Source: Okamejei kenojei (lineage: Eukaryota). From it: a DNA stretch of 64,000 nucleotides. The position numbers and the translations under genes were made by a program. Positions 15,021 to 24,149 of this stretch are shown here, in pieces. The notes beneath the pieces were generated by a model. It was not told the DNA's origin and ran no database searches. It worked only from the letters and a program-made list of their open reading frames with translations. Where the stretch lies: the NCBI GenBank assembly GCA_035221665.1, contig JAVHYY010000494.1:1-64000 (forward strand). Reading direction: 5' to 3'. How positions within the stretch are numbered: position 1 is the first letter of the stretch; each line of letters begins with the position of its first letter.

Positions 15021-15760
15021 GTGTGGGGGGTGGGGGGGGGGGGGGGGAAGTGGAGCCTGGCGACCGGTGATCTATGGAGAGAAGGAATAGATGACGTTTC
15101 GGGTCGAGGCCCTTCTGCAGACTGATGTGGGGGTGGGGGGCGGGATGAAAAATGGGAGAGGCGGAGACAGTGGGCTATGGGAGAGCTGGGAAGGGGAGGG
15201 GGTGTAGGGAGAAAGCAAGGACTACCTGAAATTGGAGAAGTCAATGTTCATACCGCAGGGGTGTAAACTACCCAAGCGAAATATGAGGTGCCAATTTGCG
15301 GTGGGCCTCACTGTGTTCTGGGCCTCCTCCATGGCCAGAATGAGTTATGTAGGTTAAGGCAGTTTCCATCATGGTCCAGTGGTCCGGATTCGATTTCCGT
15401 TCAGTGGACGGGGAGATTTTATTTTCTCTAGTGCGGAACTGAGCAGCTCCCAACTTCTGCACATTGTGCACCCCCACCAGCAAATACATAGTGGGCCGTC
15501 CATCAGTCTTTATACTAGTACGTCTGCTGCTGCTTCGTAAAGTATACTGATACAAATTAGCAACAGTAGATGAATGAGATTTTAAAACGGTTTTAGTCTG
15601 TGCTTGTTTGTGTTGCGCTCGTGTGTATGAAAAATTGTGAGAATAATAATCGGCGGCTGATGTTTACCTGGCCACTGGCGTCTACTCAGATATTTAAAGC
15701 CAGGGCCGTTTTTCCATTTCAGCTACATTTCCGCCTATTATCCCCAGATATAAATCGGTT

Positions 15761-15998
15761 NNNNNNNNNNNNNNNNNNNNNNNNNNNNNNNNNNNNNNNN
15801 NNNNNNNNNNNNNNNNNNNNNNNNNNNNNNNNNNNNNNNNNNNNNNNNNNNNNNNNNNNNNNNNNNNNNNNNNNNNNNNNNNNNNNNNNNNNNNNNNNNN
15901 NNNNNNNNNNNNNNNNNNNNNNNNNNNNNNNNNNNNNNNNNNNNNNNNNNNNNNNNNNNNNNNNNNNNNNNNNNNNNNNNNNNNNNNNNNNNNNNNNN
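15761..15998. other. Assembly gap (238 N)
   Basis: Run of N. Confidence 1.
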
Positions 15999-16137
15999 TG
16001 CTTCTGTAATTTATCTTAGTAATCTTTCTATTTTTTTCCTTCCCACGCAACGTGTAGTCAATCCACACTAGACTGGGGTTCTCGGATTGCGCCGCAGATG
16101 TTCTGCTGTGCTGTGTGTCTGCATTCTGCCACGCTGA

Positions 16138-16176
16138 GGTTTTGGTACAGCTATCTCACTGCGCGGTGTCACTGTG
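16138..16176 (-). other. 3' RSS of supporting V-delta (23-bp spacer)
   Basis: CACAGTG (16176-16170) + 23 nt + ACCAAAACC (16146-16138). Confidence 0.94.
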
Positions 16177-16482
16177 CGATGCGCGGACTCATCCCACAGT
16201 AATACACAGCCTGGTCGCTCGGCAGTACTTCAGATAGCGTTAACTGACTGATTTTCTGGCCAGGATCGAGAGAACCAGTAATACGACCTTCGGCAGCCTC
16301 TTCCTTATCTGGCTTTCCTGAAGTGTGTCTTCGGAGCAGGAATTCCACAGATTGCCCTGGGAACTGTCGGTACCAGTGTACTGTGTAGGAGCAAATTCCG
16401 GAATATACGCAGTTAAGAGTAACAGTGTCACCAGAAAGAGAGGTTTGTTGAGGCGGACTCTGGGATCCCGCGGAAATGGAAT
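16177..16482 (-). CDS. TRDV: Leaderless 'supporting' TCR-delta V segment of NAR-TCR
   Basis: Strong acceptor ttctgctattttctgcag|AT (phase 1, matches the J donor). Frame (D)SISAGSQSPPQQTSLSGDTVTLNCVYSGICSYTVHWYRQFPGQ...SDQAVYYCGMSPRI has canonical C-W-C plus an extra CDR1 Cys. No intact leader exon found in the upstream intron. Confidence 0.92.
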
Positions 16483-16649
16483 CTGCAGAAAATAGCAGAA
16501 TTGTTATTGTTTTAACATTGACTGTTGGAGACTGTGACATGCGCAGAAAGGGATTGCCGTCTCCAGTAGTTCATCACATTTTTGAAAAATGTATGGAAAC
16601 ATTATTTATGAATCTTGTAATTGTTCCTACCAGGAGTTGAATTTAAATT

Positions 16650-17012
16650 TCGTTTAGGTTAGTTTACTTTAGTTCCATTTACTTTAATTTAGTTCAGTTT
16701 AATTTTGTTTAATTTAGGGACACAGCGCGGAAACGGGCCCTTCGGCCCACCTTCCGCACCGCCCTGCAATTCCAGCACATTAAAACTACCCCACACACAC
16801 GATGGATAATGAACATTTATGGATAGTCAATTACCCTTTTAAACTGTCCGTATTTGGAGTGTGAGAAGAAACCCTAGATCTCAGAGAAAACCCACGCAGA
16901 TTATGGGCAGAACACATAAACTCCGTAGAGACATCACCCGGAGTCGGGATCGAACTCGGGTCTCAGGTGCTAACAGCGCTGTCGGGAAGCAGGACTACCG
17001 TTGCGCCGCCGT
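16650..17012 (-). mobile_element. tRNA-derived SINE (HE1/V-SINE-like) in the J to V-delta intron
   Basis: Minus strand GGCGGCGCAACGGTAG (A box)...GAGTTCGATCC (B box)...GGGCCGAAGGGCCCGTTTCCGCGCTGT followed by (ctaaa)n tail. Related decayed copies at ~31580-31805 and ~47100-47350. Confidence 0.75.
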
Positions 17013-18031
17013 GGTGAAATTCACTGACGAATATTCGCGAGGTCAAACTCTGATTATGAAAGGGAAATTGGAAACATCCCACGCTGTGTGAACAGCCAAA
17101 GCGAGCACGGAATAATAGTGGAGCTGATTCAGAGAGTAGGTATCCGGTGAATGAGCCAAATTACCTTACCCGCTTTTCTAACATTTTTTAATTGGTTCTT
17201 CGCGTTAAAACAATAGAACGAGTCATTCTCCTCACAGCTTGACTGAAGTGTATCCCTTCCTAGGTATGGTTAAGGATCAACAGTGATGTAATGGCATTTC
17301 AGGCATAAGATCATGTGATAGAAGTATATTAGGACATTCGGCCCATGAAGCCTACTCCGCCATTGAATGATGGCTGAACTATCTCGCCTTGCGAACCCAA
17401 TTCCCCTGCATTCTCCACAATAACAATAACGTCTGACGCCTCGATTAATCAAAAAATCTATGAATCGCTGCCTTATTTTCCCCCTGACTTGGTCTGCACA
17501 GCCTTCTGTGTTTAACAACTGGAAGGTCATCTTTAGAGTGCAATTTGCTCAACTGAGATAAATGCTTTGCCCTCTATGTATTCAGCGTTGTTTTTTCTTC
17601 ACTGGGCCTCGTCCTTCTACGTTTTACTTTAATTTAACTGAAAAACATTTTTAGTTTTCAATCTTGGTCGCCCGCTTTGTGCTGCTTGCGGTTCATATTT
17701 TCCCCTCTCGAGATCAGTTTCAACAGTTCTGACAGCTGTCGTTTGATTTCAGTTTGTGGAATGTTTACAGTGTGTCCAGCTTCACTCGCAGGCCATCTAC
17801 CGTCCTGCCAACGTCCCTCTGTTTCCTCGAAATAAGAAATAGATTGTTTCCCAGGCTTTCACATGCAGGGGGTGTGGATCAATTCCATTAATTGTATGGG
17901 AAAGTTTATAAGCCCGTTGTAATGATAAGGCGCTTAGCAAGACTTCAATAGTTCGTAAGATTTTAGAGACAATTAGCAAACATGAGGTTCCAGTTACTTT
18001 GAAGCAAATGATAAATCGGCGAAGTCAGCAA

Positions 18032-18071
<40 letters not shown>

Positions 18072-20219
18072 CTCTTGCCTGACACATCTGTTGACATTCT
18101 TTGTGAACGTAACAAGCAGGATGGAGAAAGGAAAGTCAGAAATACTGCTTACTTACATTTTCTGATGTGTATTAAATGGTGTAGGACGCGAAGCGGGTAA
18201 TTAAGAATGGGGTATTAGTGTTAGAGTTAAGCATACAGTGTGGATGTCATAGGCTGTCCGTATCAGGTCAAAATGTTAGAATAAAGGTGATCTATTCCGC
18301 TTGCTGCCTTTGACTAATGGGTCAATGTTGGGTTCACTACTTTTCCCGTTGTATGTTTACGATCTGGATGATGGAATTGATGGCTTTGCGGCTGATATCG
18401 CGGATGATGCCAAAAATAGGTGAAGGGGCAGGTAATGTTGAGTAAACACGGAGTCTTCAGAGTTACTTAAACAGGTTGGAAGAGGGGGCAAGTGAGTGGC
18501 AGATGGAATACCACATAGCACACTATACGGGCATGCACTTTGGTACGGGAATTCCAAAATGTGAATTTGCAGAGTGAAGCGTCCTTGAGGGATACAAATT
18601 AAATTTTAGCATTCATTTCGAAGTTGACTAGAATATGAAAACAGGGTTCTAATGTAAATAGTAAAAAAACATTTAGGCACTGATTTCATCACATTTGGAA
18701 TAACGCGAGCAGTTTTGGGTCTCGTATCTGAGGAACGATATTGTGGCTTTGGAGGTTACCAAACGGAGGTTTTCGCGAATTATTTGGGGGATCATTCAGT
18801 CGCGCATAATAAGTGTTTTCTAACTCCAAGCCTACACACGCTGGACTTGAGAAGGATAAGTTCTGATCAATCTGATCACTCTGATTGACATTTGAGCAGC
18901 ATTGCCATTGGCATTTCGTCCTCACGCTCCAAACTCGGATACCTTCCCACTTTTCGCTGAATTGACCCTTGCTATATATCACAGTCTTCACCCAAGCACG
19001 TTTCATTTTCACTTCCAACGGCGGATTTCAATTTCCACGACGGGCAAATGCCCTAACTCTGCCTCTATGCATTACGGTCTTTGTCGTTGTTTTGGATGTG
19101 GGCATAGCTGTTAAGGCCAACAGTCATTTACCATTAGAATCAAAAATAACGAATTCAGGGTGTTCAAATGTAATCTGTTCCGACAACGGAACAGTGACAT
19201 TCTTACTTGTAGATGCACACAGGCCTAGAAAAGCAATATGCTTTATCAGATAACAGCATCATAGAGTCATGGAGCGATATAACGCGGAAACAGGCTAATG
19301 AGCTCACGTTCCCGACAGCGGCCAACATGTCACAGCTACGTTAGTGCCAGCTATCCGCATTTGTTCGAAATCCATATAATCCTGTCCTGTCCATGTACTT
19401 GTCTAACTGATTCTTAAACAGTGGGATAGTGCTAGCTTCAATTATGTACTTTGGCAACTTGTTCTGTACACCCACTACCCTCCGTGTGAAAACGTTACCC
19501 CTCACATCCCAGTAAATCTTCCCCTTAAGCTTAAACCTGTGTGCTCCGGTCCTCGACTCACCAACTCTGCACAAGAGATTCTGCGTATCTACCCGATCCA
19601 TTCGTTCCATGATGTTATACACTTCCATAAGATCACCCCAGTCCTCTCATAAAATATGATACAAAAATAACTCAATAATTTAATGGCCGCAATCCTAGAG
19701 CCACAAAAAACATCCTTTGTTTAACCAGAGACAATTATGAAAAGTTTATGATCACAAAGTGCTGCAGTAACTTGTCGACCAAGAGGGTGAATTCACATAG
19801 CGTTTTGGAGCAAGCCGGCGGTTTGGTGGTAGCATTAACTGCGCTGTTCAGGCAGCATTTCAGGAGAACATTGATAGCCGACATTTGGCATCCAGACTTC
19901 AGATTCCCATTTCAGCGTCCGCATTTTCTTGTGTCTGCATAGAAATTCATAGCTGCGGTTAGCACTGTGTGGTGTTCCCGACTCTAATTGTTTTGGGGAA
20001 GAAGCTACTGTTGAACGTGATTAACTTTGTGATCCCGGGGAGCCCCACATATCCTCTCATTTGACTCACGCGTACCGTACATCTGTACCAAGTTGCTGGA
20101 ACCCTTTATCAATAGAATATGTTTTAATTGGAAACCAATTGATGCCCCATGATCCAATATTAAAGGAAAATGAATATTTCCAAGAACTGACGTGGATAAG
20201 AGAGGTTTAGGGTACTTAC

Positions 20220-20277
20220 CGGCTGTGACAGTCACCGTAGTCCCCGTCCCATCCTGATAGTGGGTGTCCCAAGAAGC
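20220..20277 (-). CDS. NAR-TCR J segment ASWDTHYQDGTGTTVTVTA
   Basis: GxGT(T)VTV motif preceded by D, as in IgNAR-type J rather than FGxG. Followed by phase-1 donor G|GTAAGT and preceded by a 23-RSS. Confidence 0.93.
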
Positions 20278-20316
20278 CACAGTGCCCCGTATCTCGATGC
20301 TCGCTGAACAAGAACA
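20278..20316 (+). other. 5' RSS of J (23-bp spacer)
   Basis: CACAGTG (20278-20284) + 23 nt + ACAAGAACA (20308-20316). Confidence 0.92.
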
Positions 20317-20647
20317 GTTCTCACCTCGATTTGCCCGGCAAACATAAGCATCGCTGTCCAATTAATCCAGGAGTTTCAGACCAAGCAGTAATTGTCCTTG
20401 CTCCCCAATCCTCGGTGGGTCGACTGGTTCCCCCTAAGAAACAGAGCTAAGAGCAGAGTGATCCCCCACTGGTGTGCTTTGACAAACATGGAACCAATTA
20501 TTATGGAATGTTAACGGAATGTGGTCATCCCTATGCAATTTAATGGAACAACAGCGTCACGAACAACAATCCTTTGATTTAGGTTCCGGAACCCAAGAAC
20601 ATATATCTTGAATGGGGTGAGTTTTTATTCGACTCTCCTACACTGTG

Positions 20648-20662
20648 GATATTCCATTGTCA
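20648..20662 (-). other. NAR-TCR D segment (TGACAATGGAATATC) flanked by 12-bp-spacer RSSs
   Basis: 3' RSS is CACAGTG (20647-20641) + 12 nt + ATAAAAACT (20628-20620). 5' RSS read on + is CACGTTG (20663-20669) + 12 nt + TTCAAATCC (20682-20690), which is weaker. It lies between V and J; the 5' boundary is uncertain by about 2 nt. Confidence 0.8.
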
Positions 20663-21014
20663 CACGTTGTTTCACGTCACTTTCAAATCCCCAGGCGCCC
20701 GGCGAGACGGGTGAGCAGGAGATTAACGTCCAGCGAATGCATTTTTCAGATTGCAGCTTCTGTAACTGGACCTCGTCTGGAGTTGTGCATCAGAAGATAT
20801 GTAAGTCATTCTCCATGGAAGTTCATTAACACCAGCTTCGGGAAAGGGGACATTATCCAGCCGCACTCGCCAAATAGACAAACCCCATTGTTTGAATAGC
20901 ACGCATTTCATCCAGTGCAACATGTAATGCAGGGCAGGCGGGATAAAGCGGGACCGTGGGTTTCGCGGTGGATTCACCTCGCGTCTTTACGTTGCTACTA
21001 GTATCTGCCGTCAG

Positions 21015-21052
21015 GGTTTTTGTATTGCTGGAACCGCAGGCCCATCACTGTG
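21015..21052 (-). other. 3' RSS of NAR-TCR V (22-bp spacer, 23-type)
   Basis: CACAGTG (21052-21046) + 22 nt + ACAAAAACC (21023-21015); heptamer and nonamer both match consensus. Confidence 0.95.
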
Positions 21053-21345
21053 CTTTCTCCACCTGTACTCAGCTTTACAGTAATATGTGGCCATGTCCTC
21101 AACTCTCAAATCAAGAATTTTCAACGTAAAGTACTTTTTCGCTTTATTGGTCGACACAACAACCCGTCCATCTGTTTTGATCCGCTGCCAATAAGCACTG
21201 GATTGTGCTTGCTTGAAGAAATGTCCTGCATCAAATTCGTAGCTACCCCAGGAACCTTCTTGGAAAAGGCAGGTGATTGTGACAGGTTGGCACTCTTTTC
21301 CAGTCACCGCATTCGGGCTCTGAGTCACTGACTGACTGAAGGTGT
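21053..21345 (-). CDS. NAR-TCR variable (IgNAR-like V) gene segment exon
   Basis: Acceptor ctacag|AC, then open frame (H)TFSQSVTQSPNAVTGKECQPVTITC...GRVVVSTNKAKKYFTLKILDLRVEDMATYYCKAEYRWRK. Two canonical Cys are 63 residues apart (VNAR-like, truncated C'-C'' region), with a YYCKA motif typical of NAR V and an extra FR1 Cys. It ends exactly at a CACAGTG heptamer. Confidence 0.92.
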
Positions 21346-21499
21346 CTGTAGATTAAACACAGGGAGAGGTGAGTGGGAATTCGAGGCGAACCACGGCAGA
21401 AGGATAAATTGCGGTCAGTGTTTGAAATTCAGGTCGGAGTGCACTCGAGTTGTTTTATGTTCAACCCGCACTGTGTGGGGGTCGGGGACCGGTACTCAC

Positions 21500-21542
21500 G
21501 GCGTAAGCAGAGTGACAATACAAAAAACATGAGCATTCCCAT
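21500..21542 (-). CDS. Leader (signal peptide) exon of NAR-TCR V gene, MGMLMFFVLSLCLR + phase-1 base
   Basis: Minus strand ATG GGA ATG CTC ATG TTT TTT GTA TTG TCA CTC TGC TTA CGC C followed by donor GTGAGT. A 154-nt intron leads to a phase-compatible acceptor at the V exon. Confidence 0.9.
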
Positions 21543-21569
21543 CACGCCTCTCCGGGAAAAAATGGTTAA

Positions 21570-21810
21570 CGTGACGAGAGGATGGAGCACACGTCACCCG
21601 ACAGATCCTGCAGCCTATCCCGGAGAACTGAGCGGGAATCTCAGCTGTCCTTTTCGTTTCGGTGCGGGCGCTGTTCTGGGAATTTTTGAAAATCGATGTG
21701 CGAGGAGATGGAGAGCTTGAGAAGGGGATTGTTAAATCTGCTGGTTTGTTTGGTGGCCTGTAATGTGCTGTGAAGCATCTGATGTGGCTCTGACGTTTCT
21801 CTGACGTTCA
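21570..21810 (-). promoter_or_regulatory. Putative V-gene promoter with CRE half-sites
   Basis: TGACGT on the minus strand at 21596-21591, about 50 bp upstream of the ATG, and twice on + at 21791 and 21802. CRE-like elements are typical of TCR V promoters. No octamer seen. Confidence 0.4.
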
Positions 21811-22099
21811 GTGGACCATTTGAATCATTCAGTCATCTGAACATATGGGGTAGGGGCAGTAGATCGGGTGAACGCACAGTCCCAGCTCCAATCGGGCAGA
21901 AGATATAGAAGTGTGCAAACTCACACCTCCAGATTTAGGGACATAATGTATCTTCCCAGCGGTAATCAGGCAACTGAACCACCGAAAACAACTTGAGAGC
22001 AGTCCTGACATACGTTCTACCTCATCGCTGACACTCGGACTATCCTATTCGGACATTTTTGGCTTTATCTTGCACTAAACTTTGTTCAATTATCATGTA

Positions 22100-23710
22100 C
22101 AATGGCTTGCAAATGTTTTCATAGCCCTTGAACTTTTGCACATTTTGTCACGTTACAACCACAAACGTAAATGTATTTATTGGGATTTTATGTGATAGAC
22201 CAACACAAAGTGTCTCATAATTGTGAAGTGGAAGGAACATGATACATGGTTTTCAAATTTGTTAACGAAAAAAACCTGAAAAGTGTGGCGTGAAAAAGTA
22301 TTCAGCCCCCTTTACTCTGACACCCCTAACTAAAATCCAGTGCAACCAATTGCCTTGAGAAGTCACCTAATTAGAAAGTAGAGTCCACTTGTGTGTAACG
22401 TAATGTCACTATAAATACAGCTGTTCTGTGAAGGCCGCAGAGGTTTGTTAGATAACATTAGTGAACAATCAGAATTATGAAGGCCAAGGAGCACATTAGA
22501 CAGTCAGGGATAAAGTTGTGGAGAAGGTTAAAGCAGGGTTAGGTTATATAAAAGTATCCCAAGCTTTGAACATCTCACGGAGCACTGTTCAATCCCTTAA
22601 CACGAAAATGGAAAGAGTATGGCACAACTGCAAACCTACCAAGACGGGGCCGTCTACCTAAACTGACAGGCCGGGCAAGGAGAGCCTTGACCAGAGAAGC
22701 AGCCAAGAGACCCATGGCAACTCTGGAGGAGCTGCAGAGATCCACAGCTCAGGTGGGAGAATCTGTCCACAGGACAACTATTAGTAGTGCACTCCACAAA
22801 TCGGGCCTTTATGGAAGAGTGGCAAGAAGAAAGCCATTGTTGAAACAAAGCCATAAGAAGTCCCGTTTGCAGTTTGCCACAAGCCATGTGGGGTTCACAG
22901 CAAACATGTGGAGGAAGGTGCTCTGGTCTGATGAGACAAAAATGGAAGTTTTTGGCCTAAATGCCATACGCTATGTGTGGCGGAAAACTAACACTGCACA
23001 TCTCCCTGAACACACCATCCCCACTGTGAAACATGGTGGTGGCAGCATCATGCTGTAGGATGCTTTCCTTCAGCAGGGACAGGGAAGCTGGCCAGAGGTG
23101 ATGGGAAGATGGATGGAGGGAAATACACTGCAATCTTGGAAGAAAACCTGTTAGAGTCTGCAAAAGGCTTGAGACTGGGGCGGAGTTTCACCTTCCAGCA
23201 TGACAACGAGCCTAAACATACAACCAGAGCTGCAATGGAATGGTTTAGATCAATGGATATTCATGTGTTCGAATGGCCAGGTCAAAAGTCCAGACGTATA
23301 TCCAATTGAGAATCTGTGGCAAGACTTGAAAAATGCTGTTCACAGACGCTCTCCATCCAATCTGACTGAGTTTGAGCTATTTTGCAAAGAAGAATGGGCA
23401 AAAAATCAGTCTCTAGATGTGCAAAGCTGATAGAGACATACCCCAAAAGACTTGCAGGTGTAATTGCAGCGAAAGGTGGTTCTACAAAGCATTGACTCAG
23501 GGGGCAGAATACTTTTGCACGCCACACTTTTCAGTTTTATTTTTGTAATAAAATTTGGAAACCATGTATCATTTTCCTTCCACTTCACAATAATGCACCA
23601 CTGTGTTGGTCTATCACATAAAATGCCAGCAACATACACTTACGTTTGTGGTTGTAACGTCACAAAATGTGGAAAAGTTCAAGGGGTATGAAAACTTTTG
23701 CAAGCCACTG
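22100..23710 (+). mobile_element. Tc1/mariner transposon (Passport/Eagle-Glan-like), degenerate transposase
   Basis: TA|CAATGGCTTGCAAA...CAAGCCACTG|TA with ~210-bp TIRs. Transposase fragments (WSDETK, FQHDNEPKH, PIENLW) are broken by frameshifts and a stop. Confidence 0.95.
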
Positions 23711-24149
23711 TATCTGTACACTGTGAGAGGCTCGATTATTACCATATATTGTCTCACCGCTTACTGGTTAATAAGCAACAAACGATTTTCACTGTACCTT
23801 GGTATACGTGACAAATAAAACTGAACGGATGGCGGAGGCTGTCGCTCCCCTGTGCAACCCCGCAACAATGCAGGAAGGCCAGTGAATGGCTGTTTGTTTG
23901 TTTGTTTGTTTGATGAGAGGCTGTAACGTCAAGGGTAGTGGGAATTGCTGCACGCCGGCTTATCAAATCGACGAAATGTCAATGCGAGGCCACAGTCGGG
24001 TTGGTTACCGGTATCCCACCGAAAGTCATTGAGCCAGTGAAACAGAACACGCAAACTGCAACTAATGCAGTCACCTGCAGGGATGGAGAAACACAGAAAC
24101 ATGGAAAATAGGTGTAGGTGTAAATCATTCTCCCTTCGTCCCTGCACTG

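Noticed and set aside
15309-15315. CACTGTG near the gap as the RSS of another V
   Set aside because: Sits in a repeat fragment, has no nonamer, and the adjacent ORF (15268-15555) lacks Ig motifs.
16625-17210. Vestigial leader for the supporting V (donor-like CTG|GTAGGA at 16630; ATG...GTAAGG near 17170-17226)
   Set aside because: No ATG-initiated hydrophobic open frame reaches either donor; in-frame stops and a SINE intervene. Cannot be supported.
18031-18071. Long poly-G run as a G-quadruplex switch-like element
   Set aside because: Pure homopolymer next to decayed CR1; length is unreliable and similar runs are scattered through the window.
19963-19969. Extra CACAGTG heptamer downstream of J
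   Set aside because: No nonamer-like sequence at 12 or 23 nt.
20005-20361. 118-aa ORF through the J segment
   Set aside because: Read-through of J into RSS and intron; the strong GTAAGT donor marks the real boundary.
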